A DNA stretch of 64,000 nt, taken from NCBI GenBank assembly GCA_009602725.1, contig WELB01000012.1:62001-126000 (forward strand). The letters are read 5' to 3'. A model generated the notes under the pieces. That model searched no databases. It had not been told where the DNA came from and saw nothing but the letters and a program-made list of their open reading frames with translations. Shown in pieces: positions 1-9,992 of the stretch. The DNA comes from Spirogloea muscicola (taxonomy: Eukaryota). The translations under genes were made by a program, and so were the position numbers. The stretch's first letter is position 1. Every line of letters begins with the position of its first letter.

Positions 1-19
1 GTGCTGATGCTGCTCTCAC

Positions 20-148
20 CTCACTGAGCTCGTGAAGGCCGGTCGCCCCAACTCCCCCCGCTGCAGGACAGCCTGCACCGCTGGCGACCTGAAGAGATTC
101 GACGAGTAGGAGCAGAATTGGAACAGCTGTGGCCAAGGCGGCTGCCAT
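20..148 (-). CDS. First coding exon of a probable secreted/membrane protein (gene continues left of window)
   Basis: ACAATGGC start context; translation MAAALATAVPILLLLVESLQVASGAGCPAAGGVGATGLHELSE has a signal-peptide-like hydrophobic core; ends at a GAG|GTGAG donor; GC-rich leader upstream. Confidence 0.55.
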
Positions 149-685
149 TGTCAGGCCGCGATGGGAAACACAGAGTGCCATCAGCTAGCTCTGGAAGCGA
201 GGGTGCGACCCGCCCGTCCAGTGCACTGGCTGGCTCAAGTGACACGGCGGCAGCGGCGGCGGCGACGGCGGCGGCGGCGGCGGCGGCGTTGGCCGCGGCG
301 GCGAGAGGTAGTACAGCTGTCGGGGCGGGCGGCAAGGAGCAACGGCCGCACGGAAACTGCTGCGGGCAGAGGGGCGGTATGAGAGCTCGAGCCGATCAGG
401 CAGGCCTGCAGGGCTCCGCTGCAGGCCCTGCGGAGTGTCCTCTAGCAGCCTCTGTCAGGAAAGTGGCTCGTCCAAGGCGGCTGTAAATTGGGCAGACCAT
501 GAGAATGGGGTTGCAGTCCGCTCTCGATGTTTGTAGCCCCGTCCTTTGCTGTTCCTTGCTGCGGAGCCGATTCCCGCAGAGGACTTGTCTCCTCATCGGG
601 CCTTGCTATTGCAGCATTCATTGCCGTACACCTGGCATCCTGTTTTCTTTTCTGTTTCGGCTCGCGACAACCCACGCGAAAGCTG

Positions 686-748
686 ACCTTGTCAATAATA
701 TTTGCGGGCTGGCTTTCACAGCCCTTGCCCCCGTTTGAGCCACTTTCT
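686..748 (+). mobile_element. Isolated 3'-terminal module of CRE-like retrotransposon (family A type)
   Basis: CCTTGTCAAT...GGGCTGGCTTTCACAGCCCTTGCCCCC...GAGCCACTTTCT matches the 3' end of the copies at 8687 and 38398. Confidence 0.8.
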
Positions 749-1379
749 GGGCGATAACCACTCCGCGCTGGAACCGTTTCGTTTGATCATTGAGCCGGCT
801 GAAATACGTCAAAGTAGAACTGCCCAACACATCGCACCACCTCCCTGCAGCCATTGCCCTCTGCAAATCCGTCTACCCCGTCCGACATTGCCAGTGATGT
901 TGATATGTGGCCGTGCATGCACATACCACATTGATCAGGCAATCCATAAAACCAAATAGAAGCATATGGCACATACACTCGTACCTGATTGCTTGATAGC
1001 AAGAATGACACTTCTGTGCTGGAAAGTGTATGATCTACTGATTGAAGCGTCGTCCAGCTAGGGCAACAGTGACGTCCACTAGATGATGGTACATGGCAGG
1101 GGCACTCACGTGAATATCGCAACATCCATGTCTGTTGTGAGCCAGGACAAAAAGCTAAACACCTAGACCCCAATCCCAGCTATGCTCACAAGATACCTAC
1201 TTGTCTGAGCTGCTTCTCTAGAGAGGGCTTGACTGCTTCAGCTGACGCCAAGGACGAACGCTGCAAAATAGGAGGGGGAGGCGCGCGGCCTGCATGATAT
1301 AAGAGGATGCCACAAGCAAGCCACTATTTCGTAAAGAAAAATCTAAGAGGGGCTAAGCTACCATAGTGGACACACCTCT

Positions 1380-1404
1380 ACACACACACACACAGACACA
1401 CACA

Positions 1405-1444
<40 letters not shown>

Positions 1445-1460
1445 CACACACACGAGCACA
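1380..1460. repeat. (CA)n microsatellite, imperfect, at the ORF end of the family D element
   Basis: Directly visible CA run with CAGA and CGAG interruptions. Confidence 0.95.
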
Positions 1461-1772
1461 TACTTATCTGGCAGACAAATCTGGGGCGCTGGAGCACCAT
1501 TCCGCAAACCAGTGGCCTGGCTTAGTGCTCGCCCCACGCTGATGTATTGATAGAGCCTGGGAACGCTGCAAAGTCAGTAAGAGCCGCATTCTGTGTCAAG
1601 CGCCGGTTGCGGGTCGCAAGTATGCCCTAAGCTACCGGCCCGACTTCGACGGCGCGACGGCGCGCTTCGACCACATGGGCCAGGCGATAAAGGGAGGACC
1701 ACTTGGTACCGTGGCCGCCATCAATGTCCATAGCGCACCGATGAAAGTGGTCTCCCTGGGGTGGTCCTTGTA

Positions 1773-1886
1773 GAAGAAGTGGCTCTCCCAATGGGGGCAA
1801 GGGCTGTGAGAAGCCAGCCCGAAAAGAATTGACAAGGTTCGAAGGGGCCAAACTACGAGCTAAGCAGCTACTGCGGGGCCTGAAGA
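1773..1886 (-). mobile_element. Family A 3' fragment (~115 bp) nested inside the family D ORF
   Basis: Near-identical to 8687-8800; removing it restores AAGGAGCGGCACTACAAGGACCAC (KERHYKDH). Confidence 0.9.
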
Positions 1887-2454
1887 AGTGCCGCTCCTTC
1901 CTTCTTCCAACATGGTTTGTCACTCAGCCAGGCACAGTCAACGTTGGTAAAAATGCGTCAGCAATCAGACGTCGAGGAGGAGGAGAAGCCCGCCGCTCCA
2001 GGAGGTGGCAACAACATCCAGACGCCTCACCTAGCCTTGCCGCCTTTCTGGAAGACGGGCATGATGCCTGACACCTTCATAGCTGGGTGATACTCACCCT
2101 TTTAAGAAAAGCAAACATTGGTCTCTTAGTAGGTTGTGGGAAGGCACTGCGCTCACCTCCCACAACACATTTAAGCATGTGCGCAGCCAACGATTGCGTA
2201 TAATCGCATCTATGCCCACACTCGCACCGTTGGATGCCAGCCAAGCAATGGGGGGGGAGGCCCGAGACGTTGGTGAGCTGCTATTCGGTAGGTCAAATCA
2301 AGCCAACACACTGTTCAAGCAAAAGCTATTGCCAAGGATGGCCTTACATCATGCGAAGCCCTCTTCAAAAGGGAGGCCAAGGTTAACAGAGCGATAGCCT
2401 GCCTGCCTTCTAAGACTGCGGCTGTTGAGGTCGGCAGTAACACTCATATTCCTC

Positions 2455-2880
2455 CTAGTGGAGGAGGGAAAGGGGGCGCGCGTGCGCATGAATTGAGGAG
2501 GAGGCTAAGCCGAGCCAGTACATTGATCATGCAAAACTGAATGCAATCATTGGGCTACACAAAAGCGAAGGCCAGGAAGAAACCTTCCTAGAAAAGGAGC
2601 AGCTCAGAAGGGTGTGATGGCTGTGAAAGGCCAGCCAAATAGAGATTGGACAAGGTCAAGGAGGAAGCCTCAGAACCGAAGTGCACATGACTCCGCCAAA
2701 CAAGTCAAAGGGCCAGAGTGCAAGGGCAACTGATTCGGAGCGTTGATCCCAAACAAAGTAAGTTGTTCATTCGTTCTTGGGCTGGCCTTTCACAACTATC
2801 GACATTTTGATGAGAACTGGTCCTTACTGAAAGAAGGAGCAGCTCATCCAAAGGGGCCGAGGGCTGTGAAATGCCCACAA
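2455..2880. mobile_element. Patchwork of short retrotransposon 3' tips in both orientations
   Basis: Family D tip at 2455-2516 (-); hairpin modules at 2619-2656 (-), 2762-2795 (+) and 2828-2877 (-). Confidence 0.7.
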
Positions 2881-3409
2881 AGAAGTTAGCTAAGCCCGAA
2901 AGCACTCTACGTAAGGGCGTTAGGGCCAGCTGAAGCTCCGACGAGGAGCACTCTTTCAAAGACAGCGGTGGCTTTGTTGGGGCAAACAACTGGACAAACT
3001 GGTCAACGGGGAAGCCCCAGAGGTAAAAGGACATGCCACTTAGACTGAGTGGCTGATGTACTCAGCCATAAGTTGATCATAGGACATTGTGGCTGGACGG
3101 AGCCAGCAAGAAACCTTGGACACGACTGGGCAAGTTCCGGGTCACAAATGAAGAAGTGATAATGAATAATGGACGCCCACTCTAGGAGTCAGCGGCTGCC
3201 ATTTATTAAATAGCCCCTAAAAAGCCACCCCTTTTGAATATAACCACATCAAACATGCTGGGAGAACGGTAGGCCCGGTCCAGTGGCTGCTGCTGGAGCG
3301 CGCCCATCACATTCAAGCAAAGCATACACCCTGTATCTTCTGCAGAAATACAAAGAGATGCACGCGACATATGAAATCCTAGCAGAGATGGCTGGCGCGG
3401 CAAATCGAC

Positions 3410-3530
3410 CAGTCACGAGACACAGAAGCCTGGGTCAAGACATACTATGTGCAGGGATACGAGCCCCCAAGGGCAAAAGCCTAAGCAGCTATTGCACGAC
3501 AAGCGTGCAGGTTCAAGACAGCCTGGCAAT
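3410..3530 (-). mobile_element. Old degenerate CRE-like C-terminal fragment
   Basis: Translation QAVLNLHACRAIAA*AFALGARIPAHSMS*PRLL resembles AHALHLRAGRAPAAASGFRQGDCFPAASLSGLRLL. Confidence 0.4.
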
Positions 3531-4155
3531 CACTTTCGAGACTTGATTGCTTGCATTATGTTCTCATGCGTACAAACAACTCCTGATGCTGATTAATCAA
3601 CTGGTGGGGGCTTCTGGGACCAAGCAGAGCGACGAGTGCAAAACAATGTACCTAGCAGAACAAGGGCCAAGGAAGCAAAAAGCAGGAAAATGGACGCGCC
3701 ATCACCGGGCATTCTTCGGTATGCTAGGCCGATGAGTGGGTAACAAGATGTCGCCAGCTCTAACACATACGTGTGAGCAGGGCACATAATTAGCCTGCCT
3801 GTTGCTAATTCGTCTCAGCGTGGGTACTTGTAAGAGGTGCTTGAGCTCGGAAGCACATGTACTAACAATCTTCACAGCCACTGCACCTTTTGGAAAGCCC
3901 CTTACTATACCTCTAATTCAAAGATGTTTTGTACAACTAGACTGTTACTGCTATGTACTTTTCTTAACGCCACTGCCTGCAAGGAGGTGCTGCTTTCCAT
4001 TTCATTCTGATCCCTAGCTGGCAGGCTAAGGGTACAAATTTGGATGGTTGCACAAGCTGCAGTGAAGCATTCGACCCGAGGTGGCACGAGCACAAAGCAT
4101 GTGCACGGTGACAGCATAACTTGTCTACCCTGGCGGAAGCTCCGAGCCAGTGGCA

Positions 4156-7100
4156 CTACGTGTCCATGCCCCGGTCCAAATCCAGGTCAACAAGTCTGTG
4201 ACTGGTACCTCCTCCACCTCACAGTAAACATCTCGTGGCTGACATTAACAGAACGCAGCCCTTGCTTTTGTACTCCGCTTGCACAACAAGCTTAGCATAG
4301 GAAGCGCACAACAAAAAGTCAAGAGACTGAATGCAGCACTGAAGCACAGTGCCAAATTGGCTAGCCTCTGCATATGATGAGCACCCCACCACCTTCAGGA
4401 GACAGTGTACATTCACGCTAGTTCAGTCAGTTGGGAAGCAGCCTGTCCATAGTGCTCATAAGACTGCACAGCTTGTCTACATACATTCTACTACTACCTC
4501 ACATCAAATCCAGTCTTCCTAGGACGTCCATATCCTGGTGGACTAAAGTCTCTGCTCCCATGCTCAGGTAATTGTCTGCTTCCACGCAATGGCACAACAC
4601 CTTGCTGTCTTCCCTCCGGTGGTGGAATGTCAAAGCCTGAGTACTTCACCCTCTTTGAAGGCAATGGCTCCGCAGGTTTCTCCCTCTCCCTGTTCCAACC
4701 TGGTGAACCTTCTCTGTCATACCTAGCTCTGGGACTCTGCTGAGGTATGGGACTGAAATGCCGCCTCTCAGCCGCTTGATGTCTCTGCCTTGGCAAGACT
4801 CTGATGGGTGAACTCTGCTCACTCCGCCTGCCACTCTCCCTTCCTTGGTAGCCGCTTGCTAGAGGCATGTCCCTTGGCACCCCTGCTGCTCCTGACAGTT
4901 CGGCCCTGCGCTTGTCGGGACTCCAAGACACAGGTGTCCTTGGCAATTCCCAGCCGTCTGAAGCTGGCCCATCACTAAATTTGGACAATCTTCGCGGCGG
5001 AGTATGCACTCGTGGTGGAGTAAGCATGCGCAATCTTCCTGGACCCTGCAGCATAGCTTGGCCAACCCCATGTCCTTGTCCATTGGGCTGACTTCTGTGT
5101 TCGAACATAGGCACTCTTGGAGGTGACGAGAATGCGGATCTGCTCCGCACTTTCTCGCCAGAATGGTCAGGCTGACCCCGATTGTCGGATGTGGAGCCCC
5201 GACTTGACCACGGAATGTCGTCATGCCTGGCCCTTGGCAGAGAAGCACCTGGACTACCTCGCAGGGCTGTCGCTCGTGGAGATGGGAAGGGTAGAGTCCT
5301 CCTTGGAGGAGGCAGAGTTGGCGGATCAGGCAACCTGGCCGCCGGACTGAAGACCCTCTCATCAACCCATGGTATCTCAGGAACATGCCTCAAGTCCCTC
5401 TCAATGAAGTCCTCTTGTCGATGTTGTCGAAATGGATGTGGGGGGGTTGGAACTGGAGGAGGTATGGAAAGAGGCAAGCGGCTGTCCGAAAGAGGTGGAA
5501 TCTGAGGCAACAGCCTAGGCCGCCTTTGCAGATGCAGATGGTGTTCATGGGACATATGCCTCGCCTGTAGCATATGCTCATGCTCCAGAAACTCATGCAT
5601 CTGTGTAAGAGGTAAGGCAGCAGCATCAAAGCTCAGCCACAGTGCATGTGATTGAAATCATGACTTCGATGCCAGTCAGCAAGCTGACCAAGTCACAGGC
5701 AGTGTCTCTAGAGATTGCTTCTTAATGTGAAATTAAGGAAAGGGTCCTTACATTGGGAGGTGGAGGTGGCGGCAGCTGCGCAAATAGAGGTCGTGGCGGA
5801 GGTCGTGAATGAGGCAAAGGGAAGCTGGGGGGAGAACCAAATGGCAAATGACTTTCTCGACCTCTTGGCAAGGGTAGAGCAGTTGAGGGGCCTCTTGGCA
5901 AGGGTAGAGCAGCCAATGGAGGAGGCACGTTGGTGAACATGGGTGGCTTATCACGTCGAGGAGCAAAGTGTGACTCTCTTTGAAGTGGAGAACCTCCTGC
6001 CAGAAGGACACGTCATTGACTTCTCAGGACGCATTGCAATGACAAGATGCACTACCAAAGCTTTCCCATCGATGTCAGATGACAGCTGCAATATGCTCAG
6101 ACAACTCCACATCTAAGAAGCTCAACAATGTCTATAAGCAGTCGTTGCGGTCCTGATGGATGCGATGCAGATTTAAAACTTGCAAATGGCAGGGTTTTGG
6201 AGACAATGCTAATGCTGGTTTCAATGAGAATGGCGAGCGGCATGACAAGCCCGACTTACTTCGTCCATCGTACTCAGCTGGGAGTCGTACTTTCTCCTTG
6301 CTTTCAAATCTCTCCTTGCCTCCGGCTCTTTCCCTGCCTTCGAACTTTTCCCTGTCTGCGAATCTCCCGTTGACTCCATCTCTGTCCTTGTCAGGAGTTC
6401 CCCTTTCTTCAAGCCTTCGCTTGTCTCCACCCTTCTCCTTGTTTGAGAACCTCCCCTTGACTCCATCTCTGTCTTTGTCGCCAGACCTTGCAATGTCTCT
6501 ATGAACTCCCATTTCCTTGAGCCTTTCGTCTCCTCTCCTGTACCTCTCCTTGCCTCCAGGCCTCTCCGTGCTCCCAAACCTCTCCACAGCTCCACGCCTC
6601 TCTCTGTCTCCAATGCTCACCTTCTCTCCCACAGCCCTTTCCTCCTCTGCAACTCGTGCCTTGTCCTTATATCTCTCCTTGTCTCCAAAGCTCTGCTTGT
6701 CTCCACTGTGACCATGGACATGGCAAGAGTTAAGTAGCAGCACGGCAAGGGTTTCGAGGAGTAAGAGGCCTGACTGCTGTTACACTCTACACAGGCATGC
6801 ACTTCTACAATGTAAGGCCATGCCTTACATATTGTTGGTCACTACAGCACTAGCATCCAGCAGGTCAATCTGCACCATGGTGTTTGGAAAACCTTTATTA
6901 GCTGAAACGTCCATTAGGGTGTGCATGGTAGGTCCATCTTGTGCCATGATATGCAGGCGTTACCTGCTTCGGAGCCCTCGTGGCCTCTCAGATGGCTGGT
7001 TTGAGGTGGAGGGCCTCATGTGTACATCCTTAGAATGGCCCTCCGTGCCAAATCGCTCGAGTCTTTGCATGCGCTTGTGCTCATTGTTCAATACTTCTGA

Positions 7101-8643
7101 CGAGGGCTGCCTGCCATGTTGCTTGGCAATCTGCTCCTGCTCATGCTTCTGCTTTGGCTGTGGTTGGTCACCTTCAGGATGCGCCCTTTGCTGCTGCTGC
7201 CTCTCCATGGTTGCCAGGCTTGACTGTCGCCCAAGGACAGTCAGATGTGTATAAGCTCCTGATCTTCCCTTGCCTGGTACTTACAGGGCACTGCCTTGAA
7301 CCTGTGCACTACTGTAGTCCAGAAGGTGTCTAGCTAAGCAGCTAGCCGAAGCACAGTACAGGATGTCAGGTTCCTGTCTCCTGCTCCTCAGGACACATGT
7401 GCAAGCGAGCAGCTTGACGTGTATGATGATAGTGACAAGAGATTGACAGGCGGAAATTGCAAAAGAAATTGAGAGGGTGCTGAATATGTTGCAAACTCTT
7501 GAGCTACCTCTGTCATCGCCGACAACTCTTCACTGCACCTGGCCATTCATTCTCTCATCATACTTCTTCAGCCTTGAGTGGAGGTTGTTGGTAGCCAGTG
7601 TTTTTCCAGGACCCCTATGCCAGAGTTGGCACTGCTAGATCCACAACATACTTGCTAAGGATGCGAAACTCCTGTGCCACATCTGAAAGGACACCCGTAG
7701 CCACTCGCCCTGACCGTTTGGCTGCTGCGAAGGGCGTGAGGTCGGCCTGGAGAACGTAAAGGCATCTGCAGTGGTAGAAGCAAGCAGCACTTGCCGGAGC
7801 TGGACCCAGCATGACACCACGGTATACAAAGATGGTGGCGTAGGGGACGGCTGCTTGGAAGGAGAGAGAGCAGCTTCTGCAGGTGAATTAAAAGAGCTCG
7901 ACTGCAAGCTGGCAGCTCCCCCGACGCCGTTCTGACAGCGTGGGATGGCCTGAGATAGGTCCTGTCATGTTGGCCACGGCTGACTAACAGTGCGTTTCGA
8001 GAGGGTGACTGAAGATGATCCAGCTGATCATGGAGGAGTGTGAGATCACCATGGTGGCTCCGGGGCCTTCGTGCTCGGCTTGTGCGGGTGGCGAGTCGCC
8101 GGTTCGCCAGCCGGCAGGCTCCGGTGGCCCGCTTCTCCAGCCGTGGTCATCGTCGGGCCACTGTGCGTCGCCGCCGCTCTCTTGGTGGTGCCGCTCGTCA
8201 TGACGAGACCGTCCGGCTTCGAGGCGCTCGTCGTGGTCTATCGCGGGGAAGGCCGCAGCTCGTTTCTCCTGCATGCCGCTGAGACCCCACGCTCCTCCAC
8301 ATTCTGGGGAGGGCTCCTCGTTCAGATCAAAGAGCTCCTCGGTCAGCCGCTGCTGCCTGCCAGTCTCGTGCCGCGGTGATTCGGGGGGAGTGGCGTCTAC
8401 GGCGGCACCGGCGTTGGCGACCGCCAGTGGCGCGCCAGGGCCCTCGTCCCCGCCGCGCAGGCCTGCTGCGCGCTGGTCGTCCTCAGCATCCCGTGCGGCG
8501 TCGGCGCCGCCGGTGCCCTCGTCATCGGACGCCTCGAAGTCCACGAGCTCGATGTCGTCCTCGCCCTCGTCCTCCGCGGCCGGCGCCGCTGCAGCCGCGT
8601 GCTCCTGCCGCAGCGCCGGCACCGGCGCGCCGCCGTCCGCCAT
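4156..8643 (-). CDS. Multi-exon gene, low-complexity acidic/Arg/Pro-rich protein of unknown function
   Basis: Acidic first exon MADGGAPVPA...EDDIELVDFEASDDEG; further open exons near 6960-7230, 6132-6710, 5750-6000 and 4497-5600 with GT/AG boundaries; last exon and stop tentative; no domain recognised. Confidence 0.7.
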
Positions 8644-8686
8644 GGCGCGGAGGCGCCGGGACGGCCGGAGCGGCGGGGCCACAAGG

Positions 8687-8952
8687 AGAAGAAGTGGCTC
8701 TTCCAATGGGGGCAAGGGCGGTGAGAAGCCAGCCCGAAAAGAATTGACAAGGTTCGAAGGGGCCAAACTACGAGCTCAGCAGCGACTGCGGGGCCTGAAG
8801 AGGCTATGGCAGAACGGGGGAGGATGGACCACTTAGTAGTTACGAGTGAGGAGCCTCACGTCCGACAGACTAGCTGCCGGTAAACTATCCCCCTGACGAA
8901 AGCCGGAGGCCGCAGCGAGAGCACGGCCAGCACGCAGATGCAGGGCGTGGGC
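8687..8952 (-). mobile_element. Family A CRE-like element, 5'-truncated, with 7-bp TSD
   Basis: Encodes ...SLSDVRLLTRNY-stop plus 3' UTR; CACAAGG at 8680-8686 and 8952-8958; about 8 mismatches in about 260 bp versus the copy at 38398 (hand count). Confidence 0.92.
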
Positions 8953-8958
8953 ACAAGG

Positions 8959-9215
8959 GGCTCTTGCGGAAAGGAAAGTGATCAGTTAGCCCATTGAAAG
9001 AAGAAAGCGCGGCCAAATTGACTGGTGGCTGTGAGAGGCCAGCCCAAAAGAACGGACAAGGAAAGAAGAAGTGGCTCTCGCAAAATGGGGGCAAGGGCTG
9101 TGAAAAGCCAGTCCGAAAAGACAAGGTTCCAAGGGGCCAGAATGAAAGTAGCGGCTGTGTCAGGGACTTAGGTAGGATGCATCACTCAATAACGAACACT
9201 CACGAGTGAGGAGCC
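8959..9215 (-). mobile_element. Older A-related 3' fragments in tandem
   Basis: Hairpin modules at 9028-9061 and 9066-9140; degenerate LLTR..Y-stop end at about 9185-9215. Confidence 0.75.
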
Positions 9216-9220
9216 GCATT

Positions 9221-9530
9221 GAAAGCAGAAAGAGAAGTGCGCGCCCATAGAAAAGAGGGGCTGGCAAAGCCAGCCCAAAAAAGAGAAGTGCGCGCCCATA
9301 GACCCCAAAAACCCCAAAAAAGAATGGACAATGTCCAATGCCTAAGAAAGAGGAGCCGGAGAAAGGACTACACTACAAAACACTGCAGAACACAGAAACG
9401 ATGCAGAGGAAAGCTCAGTACCCACGAGTGAGCAACATCAGGTCTGAGTAGCTCGCTGCAGGGAAAGAGGCACTCCGCCGAGACCCAGAAGCGGCGGCCA
9501 TAGCACGGCCTGCGCGCGTATGGACAGGGG
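9221..9530 (-). mobile_element. Family C CRE-like element 3' end
   Basis: VHTRAGRAMAAASGSRRSASFPAASYSDLMLLTRGY-stop; 3' UTR with perfect GGGCTGGC-TTT-GCCAGCCC hairpin; matches 31181-31360 and 40136-40210. Confidence 0.88.
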
Positions 9531-9550
9531 GGGCGAGGGCAAGCGCTGTG

Positions 9551-9794
9551 AAAGAAGAAGTGGCTCTTCCAATGGGCTCCCCCGTTCTGCCATAGCCTCT
9601 TCAGGCCCCGCAGTCGCTGCTTAGCTCGTAGTTTGGCCCCTTCGAACCTTGTCAATTCTTGTCGGGCTCAGTTCTCACAGCCCTTGCCCCCTTTGGGAGA
9701 GCCACTTCTTCAATGGGGGCAAGGGCTGTGAGAAGAAGTGGCTCTCCCAATGGGGGCAAGGGCTGCGAGAAGCCAGCCCGAAAAGAATTGACAA
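9551..9794. mobile_element. Nest of family A tips: plus copy 9577-9710 inside a minus copy, with a further minus copy at 9731-9794
   Basis: TSD CAATGGG at 9570-9576 and 9711-9717; removing the insert rebuilds GGCTCTTCCAATGGGGGCAAGGGCTGTGAGAAG. Confidence 0.9.
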
Positions 9795-9797
9795 CGT

Positions 9798-9945
9798 CCA
9801 GAACTCCAGCTGTATGCCCTCGGCTGGCTATCATCAGTGTCAGCAGCCGATGTGTCGCTTCTATCACGCGCCCAGAACTCCATCTGTATGCCCTCGGCTG
9901 GCCATCATCAGTGTCAGCAGCCGATGTGTCGCTCCATCACGCGCC
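9798..9945. repeat. Tandem duplication of a ~74-bp unit upstream of the CCDC47 ATG
   Basis: CCAGAACTCCA(G/T)CTGTATGCCCTCGGCTGGC..GATGTGTCGCT occurs twice head to tail. Confidence 0.92.
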
Positions 9946-9992
9946 CGCAGCTGCTCTCCGCCCGTCCCTTGCCCCCCGCCCGGGTCCGCTCC

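Larger units (their letters stand above)
1270..2400 (-). mobile_element. Degenerate CRE-like RLE non-LTR retrotransposon, family D (CCHC finger + RLE + 3' UTR)
   Basis: Frameshifted translation gives QRCECGHRCDYTQSLAAHMLKCVVGGERSA..SHNLLRD, RRKERH-YKDHPQGDHF and RMRLLLTLQRSQALSIHQR; colinear with the copy at 30585-31180; family D terminal motif at about 1270-1320. Confidence 0.8.

Noticed and set aside
9650..9700. Hairpin module as an SL RNA, snRNA or histone stem-loop gene
   Set aside because: It is embedded in element 3' UTRs after the stop codon and fits the Sm-site and histone consensus poorly; an Rfam search would settle it.
8687..9794. CRISPR-like array suggested by recurring hairpin repeats
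   Set aside because: Irregular spacing, mixed orientations, TSDs, attached RLE coding ends, eukaryotic context and no cas genes.
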